Source: a bacterium
GTDB taxonomy: Bacteria > JADJOY01
Direction of reading: 5' to 3'
Assembly (NCBI GenBank): GCA_046331705.1
Contig: JAXLQJ010000011.1
Span: 62,001 to 117,424, forward strand
DNA length: 55,424 nucleotides
Under the pieces are notes generated by a model, which saw nothing but the letters and a program-made list of their open reading frames with translations, was not told where the DNA came from and searched no databases. Below are positions 20,440-30,252 of this stretch, one piece after another. Made by a program: the position numbers and the translations under genes. Position 1 is the first letter of the stretch; each line of letters starts with the position of its first letter.

Positions 20440-20473
20440 CGGAAGGGCCGGCCCCGCGGGGCCGGCCCTTCCG
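20440..20473. repeat. Perfect 34-bp palindrome between amt and the next transporter
   Basis: CGGAAGGGCCGGCCCCGCGGGGCCGGCCCTTCCG equals its own reverse complement. Confidence 0.9.
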
Positions 20474-20496
20474 CTGCGAAGGCGGATGACCCTCCG

Positions 20497-21819
20497 ATGA
20501 TCCACGACGTGCCGCTGTGGACCGTGCTGCCGTTCGTGGGGATGCTGCTCAGCATCGCGCTGCTGCCGCTCTTCGCGCCTCATCACTGGGAGCCGCACCG
20601 AAACAAGGCGCTGATCGCCGGCGCCTGGTCGGCACCCGTCCTTCTCTACTTTCTGGGCGGCCATGGCGTGGCGGGAGCGCACGAGCTCCTCGACAAGGGC
20701 CGGGACTATGTCTCGTTCATCGTGCTGCTGGGCTCGCTGTTCGTGATCACGGGCGGCATCCACGTTCGAGGGTCGCTCTCGGGCACGCCGCTCGTGAACA
20801 CCGCGATCCTCGGCTTGGGCGCCTGCTTGGCGAGCCTGATCGGCACGACGGGAGCCTCGGCGCTCTTGATCCGGCCGCTGTTGCGCGCCAATCGCTCGCG
20901 GGTGCGCACCCAGCACATTTTCGTGTTCTTCATCTTCGTGGTGTCGAATTGCGGCGGCTTGCTGACGCCGCTCGGTGATCCGCCGCTCTTCCTCGGCTTC
21001 CTGCGCGGCGTCCCGTTCACGTGGACCCTCCGGCTCTGGAAGGTCTGGCTGCTCGTCAACGGAACCCTGTTGGTGCTCTTCAACGTCTGGGATCAGGTCG
21101 TGCTCGATCGCGAGGAGCGCGAGCGGCCGGGATCGCAGCTGGAAGAGGTGATGAAGCACGAGCCGCTTCGGATCTACGGCGGCATCAACGGCTGGTTCCT
21201 GGCCGCGGTCGTGCTCGTGATCTTCCTCGCGGGGCAGGGTGTGGGCCACGGCGGCAAGCCATGGCCGTTCGGCGTGCAGGAAGGTGCGATGGCGCTCGCC
21301 GCCGCGGCCTCCTGGATCGCGTCGGGGCCACACAACCGGCTCGAGAATCGATTCACCTTCGCGCCGATGGCCGAGGTCGCGATCTTGTTCGCGGCGATCT
21401 TCGTGACCATGACACCCGCGCTGCTCAAGCTGAACGCGAGCGCGGCGTCACTCGGGTTGACCGAGCCGTGGCGTCTCTTCTGGGCCTCCGGGGTGCTCTC
21501 GAGCTTCCTCGACAACGCGCCCACCTACCTGACGTTCGCCGCGGCCGCCAGCGGCCTCGCCGGGGTGCCGCTCGAGGGACGGTTCCTGGGCGAGCTGTTG
21601 GCGCAGGGCCCGGCGTGGGCGACGGCGCTCGCGGCGATCTCGTGCGGATCGGTGTTCATGGGGGCGAACAGCTACATCGGCAACGGCCCCAACTTCATGG
21701 TCAAGGCGATCGCCGAGGAGAGCGGTGTCGCGATGCCCAGCTTCTTCGGCTACATGGCGTACTCGGGGGCGATCCTGATCCCGATCTTCGTGCTGGTGAC
21801 GCTGGTGTTCTTTCGATGA
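20497..21819 (+). CDS. Ion-transporter superfamily permease (putative Na+:H+ antiporter/citrate transporter-like)
   Basis: Multiple TM helices; NCGGLLTPLGDPPLFLGF, SSFLDNAPTY and YIGNGPNFMVK motifs. Confidence 0.85.
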   Translation: MIHDVPLWTVLPFVGMLLSIALLPLFAPHHWEPHRNKALIAGAWSAPVLLYFLGGHGVAGAHELLDKGRDYVSFIVLLGSLFVITGGIHVRGSLSGTPLVNTAILGLGACLASLIGTTGASALLIRPLLRANRSRVRTQHIFVFFIFVVSNCGGLLTPLGDPPLFLGFLRGVPFTWTLRLWKVWLLVNGTLLVLFNVWDQVVLDREERERPGSQLEEVMKHEPLRIYGGINGWFLAAVVLVIFLAGQGVGHGGKPWPFGVQEGAMALAAAASWIASGPHNRLENRFTFAPMAEVAILFAAIFVTMTPALLKLNASAASLGLTEPWRLFWASGVLSSFLDNAPTYLTFAAAASGLAGVPLEGRFLGELLAQGPAWATALAAISCGSVFMGANSYIGNGPNFMVKAIAEESGVAMPSFFGYMAYSGAILIPIFVLVTLVFFR

Positions 21820-21863
21820 CGCGCGCGGACGGCGTTCCGCGGGCGCGAGACGGAGGTGCGAGG

Positions 21864-22247
21864 ATGTCCAAGCGAAACGTCGCGTCGAGATTCCGACTGC
21901 ACTCGACATTGATCGCGTGTGCCGCGATCGGAACGGCGGTCGCGCTGATCGTGCCGGTGCTCGTCGAGGCCGAGCGACAGGGCGTGCACGTCGGGGCGAG
22001 TGCGATCGCCAACGCCGCGCTGGCGGCCATCGGGATCGCGTATCTCTTGTGGGCGAGCGCGTGGGCGCTGCCGGTGGTGATGAACGGAGCCACGCTGTGG
22101 CTCGAGCGTGTCCGCGTCCCGCAGCCGTTGATTCGCGCGGCGTTGCTCGTCGTGGCGCCCGTGCTGCTGTTGGGCTCGGCGACCTACGGGGTGCTGGGGG
22201 GCGGCGTCGCTCAGTACCGGCGGGTGCGGCGCGCGTCCGCGCGTTGA
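21864..22247 (+). CDS. Small membrane protein of unknown function
   Basis: GGAGG SD; three hydrophobic segments; basic C-terminus. Confidence 0.6.
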   Translation: MSKRNVASRFRLHSTLIACAAIGTAVALIVPVLVEAERQGVHVGASAIANAALAAIGIAYLLWASAWALPVVMNGATLWLERVRVPQPLIRAALLVVAPVLLLGSATYGVLGGGVAQYRRVRRASAR

Positions 22248-22339
22248 GACCTCCGGAAGCGGCCGAGCGGCCGACGCGCCTGGCCGCCGCCAGCGGCGGT
22301 GCCGCGAGGCCACCTCGGCCTTTCCGCGAGTCGCCCGGG

Positions 22340-22369
22340 AAAAAAAAGACCGGCCCGAGGGGGCCGGTC
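22340..22369 (-). terminator. Intrinsic terminator of the DUF507 gene
   Basis: Minus strand GACCGGCCC-CCTC-GGGCCGGTC followed by T8. Confidence 0.8.
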
Positions 22370-22413
22370 GTTCGAGGCCGCGCGAGCTGCGCGCGGCGCT
22401 CGGCGGGCGCGGA

Positions 22414-22932
22414 TCAGGCGGCGCCGCGCTTCTTGCGCACTTCCTGCAGGACCCGCTGGTACTCGATCTCCCAGGCCTGGGTCCCTTCCTGCAAGTGCTT
22501 GAGCCGCCCGCGCACCTCGACGTCGATCGCGTTGTCCTCTTCGAGGTGCTTGCGCATCACGTCGTGGATGTGACGGCGTAGCGTCGGATCGTCCGCGAAC
22601 ACCTCGTCCACGTTCGCGCTCACCATGAAGCCCTCGATGATCTGATCGATCAGCCAGTCCACGCCGTCGTCGCCGACCTTGTGCTTGCGCTCCTCGGCGA
22701 CGATCCGCCGGACGCGCCCCAGCTCGGTCTGCGGCAGGTTGCGCTGCTGCACGAGGTCCTTCGCTCGATCCAGCACCTCCGAGTCCACTCGCACGTACTG
22801 ATCGAGAATGGCACGCACGTCCAGCTCGGCCTCCGCGACCCGATCCGGCGCCACCTCGATGTCCCGAGCCGCGTTCAACGTGCCCAGGATGTCCTTGGCG
22901 AGCGGCTCGATCTTCGACCGGTAAAGCTTCAT
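22414..22932 (-). CDS. DUF507 family protein
   Basis: MKLYRSKI...VDEVFADD...EE..ID.EVR.RLK.LQEGT..WEIEY pattern. Confidence 0.8.
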   Translation of the reverse strand: MKLYRSKIEPLAKDILGTLNAARDIEVAPDRVAEAELDVRAILDQYVRVDSEVLDRAKDLVQQRNLPQTELGRVRRIVAEERKHKVGDDGVDWLIDQIIEGFMVSANVDEVFADDPTLRRHIHDVMRKHLEEDNAIDVEVRGRLKHLQEGTQAWEIEYQRVLQEVRKKRGAA

Positions 22933-23104
22933 GCTTCGCCCCTTTCCGCGTCCTCGTTCGACAATCGATCGATCGAGTCTAACAGACCCCTTCGCGATGC
23001 GGCGATCGAATTCGTCACTTTCCTCTGCGCTCTCGCCGACGTTCTCGCGCCTATACTGACGAGCGCGCGAGCGCAGGTATTCGCGCCCGTTCGCGGCGAA
23101 GGCG

Positions 23105-24085
23105 ATGCTGAGCCCTCCCCATTTCCTGGCGCTCGATCTCACGGGCGTGTGCAATTTCCGTTGCACCACCTGCGTCCTCGATCAGCGCTATCCGGACCCG
23201 ATTCTGATGCCGCGCGAGGTGCTCGACGCGCTGACGCCGGTGCTGCCGGTGGTCGGCGGCGTGGCGGTCGGCTGCAACGCGGAACCGCTCTTGCATCCAC
23301 GGGCCGCGGAGTGGGTGGCGTGGATCCGCGCGCGCACCGCCGGGCGCATGCTCGTGATCACCAACGCGAGCGCTCTCGACGACGCGCGTGGCGCGGTGCT
23401 CCGCGACGCGGCGATCGACGAGCTCGCGGTGAGCATCGACGGCGCCACCGCCGCCACGTTCGAGCACGTGCGATTGCGCGCGGATTTCGCCCAGGTCCGC
23501 CGTAACGTGGAGCGCTTCGCCGCGGCCCGCGCGGGGCGCGGACCGGCGCTCACCGTGATCTTCACGTCGATGGCGGAGAACGTGGGCGAGCTCGCCGCCG
23601 TGGTCGAGCTGGCGGCAAGCTGGGGCGCCACGCGGCTCGTGGTCAACGGCTACGAGCCGTACGTGGAAGAGCGTAGCTCGCAACGGCTTTGGAAGACCGT
23701 CCTGGAGGACCGCGCGATCGAGACGAGTGCCGCGATCTTGGTGGGTGCACGCAAGCGGGGAGCGGCGTTGGGCGTCGAGGTCGTGCTGCCGGAGCTGGTC
23801 GCGCGTGCCGTGTCGACCTGTTCGTTCGTGACGCCGGTGGTCGGGCCGCAGGGCGCCGTGAGCCCCTGCCCGGCACTCTCGTACGCGCGCGAGGTTCCGC
23901 TTCGCCCCCAGCCGATCGTCTACGCGCGCCGCGTCTTCGGTCAGCTCCCGCAGCGCTCGTTCCGCGAGATCTGGGAGGATCCGGCGTACGTCGCCTTTCG
24001 CGAGCAAGCCACGTGCGGGACGTTCCGCGACGCGTCGTGCGCCGGATGCCTGGTGGCGACCGGCGCGATCTGTCCGCGCGCCTGA
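23105..24085 (+). CDS. Radical SAM protein with SPASM/twitch-like C-terminal domain
   Basis: CNFRCTTC, EPLLH, TN, VSIDG; C-terminal C...VSPC...FG...SFREIW...C..C cysteines. Confidence 0.9.
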   Translation: MLSPPHFLALDLTGVCNFRCTTCVLDQRYPDPILMPREVLDALTPVLPVVGGVAVGCNAEPLLHPRAAEWVAWIRARTAGRMLVITNASALDDARGAVLRDAAIDELAVSIDGATAATFEHVRLRADFAQVRRNVERFAAARAGRGPALTVIFTSMAENVGELAAVVELAASWGATRLVVNGYEPYVEERSSQRLWKTVLEDRAIETSAAILVGARKRGAALGVEVVLPELVARAVSTCSFVTPVVGPQGAVSPCPALSYAREVPLRPQPIVYARRVFGQLPQRSFREIWEDPAYVAFREQATCGTFRDASCAGCLVATGAICPRA

Positions 24086-24110
24086 ACCCCGCCGCGGCGG
24101 TCGCGCCGGC

Positions 24111-24740
24111 TCACCGGCGCGGCACGCGGTCGGAAGCGTCGCGCAACGAGCTCGGGGGGCCCAGGATCTCGCTCCACACGAGGGCGCGCTGGAGCTCGGT
24201 GAGCCGCCGAGGGAGCACCGCCGCCGGCGCGAACGTCGGGCCGTGGGTGATCACCGGCGCCGGGCCGCCACCGGCGACCGTCTGCGTCTCGAGAAGCGCC
24301 GCGTGCCCCTCGCGCGCCTGCGTGAGGTCGAGCTCGAGGTGCCGTGTCTCGACCGCGTCGTCCAGACGGCGAGCCTCGAGCCCGCCCACGTGGGAGTCGA
24401 GATGCCTTCGCTCGACTCCGCCTCCCACGTCGCCTCGGTCGTGCCTGGGGGGCGCTTCCTCGGGCACGCTCGGTCGAGGAGCCGCCGGCCTCCGGGGCGG
24501 CGGCGCGGCACGTGTCTCGGCGCCGGTGGTGGCCTCGCCCCGCGACTGCGCCTCCGCAGCGCGCTGCGCCTCGCGCAGCTTCTTCTCGAGCTCCGCCAGC
24601 AGGTCGAGCCCACGGCTGCGCGGTGCGCCGGCTGGCCCGCCGCGCTGCGTTCGCGTCGCCTTCTTCTCGAGGCTTTTCGACACCCAGCCCAGGACCAGGA
24701 AGACCCCGACGACGATGATCTTGATGAGATCGCCGTCCAC
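24111..24740 (-). CDS. Membrane-anchored protein downstream of floA (YqfB-like)
   Basis: N-terminal TM helix, disordered middle, C-terminal LQRALVWSEILGPP. Confidence 0.7.
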   Translation of the reverse strand: MDGDLIKIIVVGVFLVLGWVSKSLEKKATRTQRGGPAGAPRSRGLDLLAELEKKLREAQRAAEAQSRGEATTGAETRAAPPPRRPAAPRPSVPEEAPPRHDRGDVGGGVERRHLDSHVGGLEARRLDDAVETRHLELDLTQAREGHAALLETQTVAGGGPAPVITHGPTFAPAAVLPRRLTELQRALVWSEILGPPSSLRDASDRVPRR

Positions 24741-24744
24741 GACG

Positions 24745-25761
24745 TCAGGCCTTGGGCTCGCCGGGGGAGCTCGACTCGCCTTGCGAGCCACCGGCGATGG
24801 ACGAGCGCATCTCCGTGTCGGCGACCAGGTTCTTCATCCGGTAGTAGTCCATGATCCCGAGATTCCCCGAGCGGAACGCGTCGGCCATCGCCTTCGGCAC
24901 CTCGGCCTCGGCGAGCACCACCTTGGCGCGGTTCTCCTTGATCGCCGCCATCATCTCCTGCTCTTGGGCGACGGCCATCGCGCGGCGCTCCTCGGCCTTG
25001 GCGCGAGCCACGCGCATGTCGGCTTCGGCCTGATCGGCTTGCAGACGCGCGCCGATGTTGTCGCCGACGTCCACGTCGGCGATGTCGATGGAGAGGATCT
25101 CGAACGCGGTACCGGCGTCGAGTCCCTTGGCGAGCACCTTCTTCGAGATGAGGTCCGGGTGCTCGAGCACCTGCTTGTGCGACTCCGCGGACCCGATCGC
25201 GGAAACGATGCCTTCGCCGACGCGTGCGATGATCGTCTCCTCGGTGGCGCCGCCGACCAGCCGGTCGATGTTCGAGCGCACCGTCACCCGGGCGCGCGCG
25301 CGCACCTGGATGCCGTTGACGGCGATGCCATCGATGGTGCGCTTGCCCTTCGACGCATCGGGGCAGTCGATCACCTTCGGGTTGACGCTCGTCTGCACCG
25401 CGTCGAGCACGTCACGACCCGCGAGATCGATGGCCGCCGCGCGCTCGAACGTGAGCGGGATGCTCGCCTTGTTGGCGGCGATCATCGCCGTCACCACGCG
25501 CGGCACGTTCCCCTGTGCGAGGTAGTGCGCCTCGAGCTTGTCGATGTCGAGCTTGAGGCCGGCCTTCACGCCCATGATGCGCGCGTTCACGATCGCGTTG
25601 GCGTTGACCCGCCGGAGCTTCATGCCGATGAGCTGAGGGAAGCTCACGGCGGCGCCCGACGCGAGCGCGCGCAACCACAACAGCCCGAAATTCATCACCA
25701 CCACGAACGCCACGATGCCGGCGAGCGCCGCGACGGCGATGACCACGAAATAGAGGTTCAT
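24745..25761 (-). CDS. floA: Flotillin-like protein FloA (YqfA)
   Basis: [63 protein letters not shown]. Confidence 0.95.
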   Translation of the reverse strand: MNLYFVVIAVAALAGIVAFVVVMNFGLLWLRALASGAAVSFPQLIGMKLRRVNANAIVNARIMGVKAGLKLDIDKLEAHYLAQGNVPRVVTAMIAANKASIPLTFERAAAIDLAGRDVLDAVQTSVNPKVIDCPDASKGKRTIDGIAVNGIQVRARARVTVRSNIDRLVGGATEETIIARVGEGIVSAIGSAESHKQVLEHPDLISKKVLAKGLDAGTAFEILSIDIADVDVGDNIGARLQADQAEADMRVARAKAEERRAMAVAQEQEMMAAIKENRAKVVLAEAEVPKAMADAFRSGNLGIMDYYRMKNLVADTEMRSSIAGGSQGESSSPGEPKA

Positions 25762-25784
25762 GAGCGTCTCCCCAGGATGAGATG

Positions 25785-26279
25785 TCAGAGTCGATTGCGA
25801 TCGGCGGGCGCGACCGCGGCGCTCGGCTCGGCACGTTCGGCGACGCGCACCACCACGCGGTTGCCCTCGACGCGAACCACGTGGATCGGCGTGTCGGCGT
25901 CGATCAGCCCGAGCTCGGCGACCACGCTGACGCGCCGCCCGTCGAGATCCGCCATGCCCGCTGGCCGAAGCGGCGTGAGCGCGATCCCGTCGCGTCCCAC
26001 GAGCGCGTCGAGCCCGCCCTCGGCGACGGCGTATCCCTCCTCCGCCGGCAGCGACGACCGCAACGAGAGCCTCCGCAGCGCGTAGCGGATCATGACCGGC
26101 ACCACCACCACGGTGCTGGCGGTGAGCACGACGGCGGTCAGGTAGTCGCCCTGGAGCCACGCGGCCGCCACCGCGTAGATCACGACCAGCCCACCCAGAA
26201 CGCCCAGCACGACGCCCGGCGCGAACAGCTCCGCGAACAAGAGCGCCATGCCGAGGAGATAGGTGACGATCAGGTTCAC
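25785..26279 (-). CDS. Short NfeD family protein
   Basis: TM helices plus OB-fold motif [10 protein letters not shown]...[10 protein letters not shown]. Confidence 0.88.
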   Translation of the reverse strand: MNLIVTYLLGMALLFAELFAPGVVLGVLGGLVVIYAVAAAWLQGDYLTAVVLTASTVVVVPVMIRYALRRLSLRSSLPAEEGYAVAEGGLDALVGRDGIALTPLRPAGMADLDGRRVSVVAELGLIDADTPIHVVRVEGNRVVVRVAERAEPSAAVAPADRNRL

Positions 26280-27058
26280 GTTCCGCTCTCGGCTTCCACC
26301 ACGATGCGATTGCCGTCGACGCGCGCCACTCGCACGCGTGCGCCCCTCTCCAGGTACGCGCCCGTGGTGGTCGCGTCGATGATGAGCTCGCCGACCTCGA
26401 CCTTACCCGAGGGCCGCAGGTCCGAGAGCGCGCGTCCGTGGCGCCCGAGCAACTCGATGTCGGCGGGCGACGCGACCGTGGCTTCGAGCTCGCCGGTCTG
26501 AACCAAGCGATTGAGCAGCGGAACGTGCGGGAAGAAGCGCGCGATCGTGGCCGCCGCGCCCAGGAATCCCAGAAATCCAATCGAGGTGCTGAAGAGCGCT
26601 TCCAGCATCGCGGCGCGCGCCTGCGGCAGCCGAAGATCGGGCCAAGAACCGGTCTGAAGCGCCAGCACCAGCCCGACCACGGTGCACGCGATCCCCGCGA
26701 CCCCCACCACGCCGAAGCCCGGGATCACCGCCACCTCGACCACGATCAGGATGAGCCCCACGACGAACAGCACGATCTCGAGCGGCGAGGCGTGACCCAC
26801 CCAATACTGACTGCCGAAGAGCAGCACCATCGCCGCGCCACCGATCAACCCCGGAACGCCGAATCCCGGGACCTTGAACTCGACGTAGAGGCCGAGCAGC
26901 CCGACCCACAGCAGCATCCCTGCCACCCACGGGTTGGTGAGGACCGCGAGCACCACGTCGAGGTGGTCGTGGTTGACGGTGATCGTGCGATCGCAGCCGG
27001 CGAGCCCGGCGAGCAGGGCCGAGCCGAGTCCGACGATGGCTGCGCGGCGTGGGCTCAT
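26276..27058 (-). CDS. NfeD family membrane protein with lipobox, lacking the ClpP-like protease domain
   Basis: LAGC; E.K.PGFGVPG and E..VIPGFGV.G membrane motifs; [12 protein letters not shown] fold. Confidence 0.85.
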   Translation of the reverse strand: MSPRRAAIVGLGSALLAGLAGCDRTITVNHDHLDVVLAVLTNPWVAGMLLWVGLLGLYVEFKVPGFGVPGLIGGAAMVLLFGSQYWVGHASPLEIVLFVVGLILIVVEVAVIPGFGVVGVAGIACTVVGLVLALQTGSWPDLRLPQARAAMLEALFSTSIGFLGFLGAAATIARFFPHVPLLNRLVQTGELEATVASPADIELLGRHGRALSDLRPSGKVEVGELIIDATTTGAYLERGARVRVARVDGNRIVVEAESGT

Positions 27059-27107
27059 GCGGTCTTCGGCCGCGGGGAGCGTGCGGGCGAGGGAAGGTCG
27101 AGACGCG

Positions 27108-27136
27108 AACGTAGGCGCCCGAGGGGGGGCTGTCAA
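27108..27136 (-). promoter_or_regulatory. Putative sigma70 promoter of the nfeD-floA operon
   Basis: Minus strand TTGACA-N17-TACGTT. Confidence 0.6.
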
Positions 27137-27252
27137 TCGAAACAGCCGACGATGGGCGCGCCTCGCTGACCGCTTCGGCCGTTCGTGCGGCGCGCGGAAA
27201 ACACACGCCAAAAACCCGCGCCGGCGACGAAGAGCGAGGTGCCGAGATCGCG

Positions 27253-27281
27253 TTGCGGGGGGGGAGGTGCGTTGCTATGAT
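27253..27281 (+). promoter_or_regulatory. Putative sigma70 promoter (extended -10)
   Basis: TTGCGG-N17-TATGAT with a TG extension. Confidence 0.55.
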
Positions 27282-27330
27282 GCGCGCCCGACTTTCCGAG
27301 CACAGATCCCGCGCTGCCCCAGGAAAACGA

Positions 27331-28281
27331 ATGGCAACCGACGCTGGTTCCGACAAGATCGTGTGCCCGAAGTGCGGTTTTCAGCAGTACAAGCGCTCCG
27401 CCATCTGCAAGAAATGCGGTCTCATCTTCGACAAGTGGCGCGAGATGCAGGCCAAGAAGCAGAAGGCCGAGCGCGCCGAGATGGCTGGTGCTCCGGAGCC
27501 GGAGGCTCAGAGCCAGCGCACCGTGAGCCCCGTGCTGGTGGTGCTCGCGCTCGCCGCGATCGTGGGCTCCCTCTACGTGCTGGTGATTCGCAAGCCCGCG
27601 ACGCCGCCCGTGGCCCCACCGCCGCCGACCAGCGCCGCGAGCGCGGGGCGCCCGACCCCCGCTCCCGGCGCGCCGCCCGCCGAGACCGGCATCACGCGCC
27701 TCACTCCCAACCCCGCCGCAGCGGCTCCGGCGGCCGCGGCGCAGCCTCGGCCGGCGCCTTCGCGTGATCCTCAGGCGGATCGCTACGACGCCTACAAGAC
27801 CGATCTCGCGCAAGCCGTGCAGACGCTCGCCGGCTTCGAGAAGAAGCTCAAGGAAGGCCTCGACTTCAAGACCATGCGCACCGAGTTCCTCGACACGCGC
27901 ACGGCCGTGGCGCGCGCGTTCAAGGAGCCGCCCAACGAGGGCTGGATCTCGTATCAAGCCGTCGACAAGGCGCTGACCGCGTACTCGGACAGCCTCAAAT
28001 TCTGGGAGTACAGGGTCTACAGTGCCGACTACCGCAACCGTCTGTGGTGCGCGGGCGAGGCGTGTCCGTTCCAGACCGAGCAAGAGTTCAAGGAAGCCGT
28101 GGGCAAGAGCGTGAACCTGTGCTGGGAGCGCGCGAGCGCTTTCCGGCAGATGGCGGAGCGCTACCTGGAATACGGCGACGCGCTCCAGCTCGAGACCGAT
28201 CCTTCGGCGCGCCAGCAGCTCGCCGAGGCCTACAAGGCCGTCGACGAGATCTGGAAGAAGCTGGGACGTCCCGCCGGCTGA
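27331..28281 (+). CDS. Zinc-ribbon/TM/Pro-rich linker/helical domain protein
   Basis: CPKCG...CKKCG, a single TM helix, Pro-Ala linker, C-terminal helical domain. Confidence 0.8.
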   Translation: MATDAGSDKIVCPKCGFQQYKRSAICKKCGLIFDKWREMQAKKQKAERAEMAGAPEPEAQSQRTVSPVLVVLALAAIVGSLYVLVIRKPATPPVAPPPPTSAASAGRPTPAPGAPPAETGITRLTPNPAAAAPAAAAQPRPAPSRDPQADRYDAYKTDLAQAVQTLAGFEKKLKEGLDFKTMRTEFLDTRTAVARAFKEPPNEGWISYQAVDKALTAYSDSLKFWEYRVYSADYRNRLWCAGEACPFQTEQEFKEAVGKSVNLCWERASAFRQMAERYLEYGDALQLETDPSARQQLAEAYKAVDEIWKKLGRPAG

Positions 28282-28315
28282 ACCGCAGCGCGAGGCGCTG
28301 CGCGCTTCCACGCGC

Positions 28316-28807
28316 TCAGCGTCGCCTGGTCCCGCTTGCCGCGCTCTTGGGTTTCGCGGCGCGCGTGGAGCGCGTCGGCGGCTCCGCGCGGACGCCCGCG
28401 GACGGCGCGCTCGCGGCGAGCGCGTTCGCAGGCTCGACCTGGCGACGCTGCTCGAGCAGCGCTCGCACGGTGTCGAGGAGCGGGGTCACGTCGGACGATT
28501 TGAGCACGTACGCGTCCGCCGGCAGCGTGCTCATGTCGCCCTGGTACGAGCTGTACGCGGAGGACAGGATGATCGCCAGCTGGCGGTGCCGGGCCCGAAC
28601 CGAGGTGAGCAGCTCGAGGCCGCTCGGTCCCGGCATGCGGATGTCGAGCACCATCAGGTCCGGGCAGCCGCGCGCCAGCGTCTCGAGCAGCGTCGCGCCG
28701 TTCGGCAGCTCGTCCACCTCGTAGCCCGCTGCCTCGAGCTCGGTGCGATAGAGGAGGCGGATGTGCGCCTCGTCGTCGACGATCAGGATCTTGGAGCGCG
28801 CGGTCAC
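28316..28807 (-). CDS. Single-domain response regulator
   Basis: ILIVDDE...LDIRMP...SAY...YVLKS; GTG overlaps the upstream stop codon. Confidence 0.9.
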   Translation of the reverse strand: MTARSKILIVDDEAHIRLLYRTELEAAGYEVDELPNGATLLETLARGCPDLMVLDIRMPGPSGLELLTSVRARHRQLAIILSSAYSSYQGDMSTLPADAYVLKSSDVTPLLDTVRALLEQRRQVEPANALAASAPSAGVRAEPPTRSTRAAKPKSAASGTRRR

Positions 28808-29961
28808 GACCCGAGTCCGTTTCCCCGATACCCCAGCAAGGCTAGCGCGGTCAGAAACACTTGCGCCAGCCCGTCCGAGATGGGCTCGAGCTCGACCCAT
28901 TCGTTCTCGCGGTGGCGGTTGCGACCGTGCGTGATTCCCAGCACCACGCTTGGGATGCTCGACGTCAGCGCCAGCGCTTCCTCGGCTCCGCCCGGGCTCG
29001 TGATCGTACGGATGTTGAGCGCCTGGTGGACGGCCAGCACCGTCTGCACCAGCGGGTGGAGGTCCGAGAGCGCGGTCTCGTCCCAGCCGCCCACGACCTC
29101 CATCTTGAGCGAGACGCCGCGCTCGGCGGCCACCTCGCGCACCACGCTGCGCACGGCGCGCTCGGCGTTGCTGAACGACCGCGGGCTCGGGCCCTTGAGA
29201 TCGAGCCCGATGCCATCGGCGGCGTGGGGGCCGCAGGACAGCACGCCTTCGAGTGGATCGAGATCGATCTTGACGCCCGTGCCCAGATCCTCGAGCGCGC
29301 CCAGCGCGCGCAACAGATCGGGGAGGAACTCCATCGGCTCCACCGGCCGGCGATTGGTGGCCGCCCACACGATGCGCAGTCGCCGCGTGCAGACCGTGTT
29401 GAACGAGAGCCGGCCCAGCCCGTGCCCCTTGAGGCAGAGCATCCAGCCGATCCTCCCCTCGAGCCGCCGCAGCACCCGCTTGAGCCCGGCGACGTTTCCG
29501 GCGCCTTCGGTGGCGGAGGTGGCGGCGAAGATCACCGGCCCCAGCGGCTCGAGCGCCGCGTTGGCGAACACCTCGGCGAGCGCCAGCAGCGCCGCGAGGC
29601 CGAGCGCGTTGTCGCCGATTCCCGGTCCCACGACCTTCTTGCCTTCGACCCGCGCGGTGGAGTTCACGCTCGCGGGAAAGATCGTGTCGAGGCTGGCTTG
29701 CAGCAGCAACGCGGGGCCGGGGCGGGTGCCGGGGAACTCGGCCACCACGTCCCAGCGCGGCGTGCGGTGGGCGTCGAGTCCGATCGAGTGGAAGCGCTCG
29801 ATCAAGAACCGGGCGCGCTCGCGCTCGGAGAAGGTGGGCGCGGGGATCTGGTTGATCGCGATCGCGTCGGCGGCGACCGCGGCGATGTTGCGGTCGATCA
29901 CGTGCAGCACGTGGCCGACCTTGGTGCTCGCGAGGGTCTGCGCGATCGTCGGAAAGGTCAT
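28804..29961 (-). CDS. M20/M25/M40 peptidase-fold protein with degenerate active site
   Basis: PAPTFSERERA, SLDTIFP, GPGIGDN..G, H..NEW; several metal/catalytic residues are substituted. Confidence 0.8.
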   Translation of the reverse strand: MTFPTIAQTLASTKVGHVLHVIDRNIAAVAADAIAINQIPAPTFSERERARFLIERFHSIGLDAHRTPRWDVVAEFPGTRPGPALLLQASLDTIFPASVNSTARVEGKKVVGPGIGDNALGLAALLALAEVFANAALEPLGPVIFAATSATEGAGNVAGLKRVLRRLEGRIGWMLCLKGHGLGRLSFNTVCTRRLRIVWAATNRRPVEPMEFLPDLLRALGALEDLGTGVKIDLDPLEGVLSCGPHAADGIGLDLKGPSPRSFSNAERAVRSVVREVAAERGVSLKMEVVGGWDETALSDLHPLVQTVLAVHQALNIRTITSPGGAEEALALTSSIPSVVLGITHGRNRHRENEWVELEPISDGLAQVFLTALALLGYRGNGLGS

Positions 29962-30252
29962 GGTGGATCGCCGGGGTCGGGACGACGCGGGCTCGCGTGC
30001 GGGCATCACGCGACGGCAGCATACCCCGACTCGTCCGCGCTGCCTCGCGGTACCGAGCCCACGCCGAGCCGACTGCGGTGCGCGCCGCGATCGGTTGCTC
30101 GCCTTCGGTGCAAGCGGTAACCTCGCCGCGACTCGAACGGAAACGAATCGTCGCTCCCCCGTTCACGACCACGCGAGCACGCCGAAGCCCGTCGTCGCGG
30201 TTCGTCGCCCGGTGTGGGTGACGGACATCGGTCCACGCCCGCGGAACCCTCG

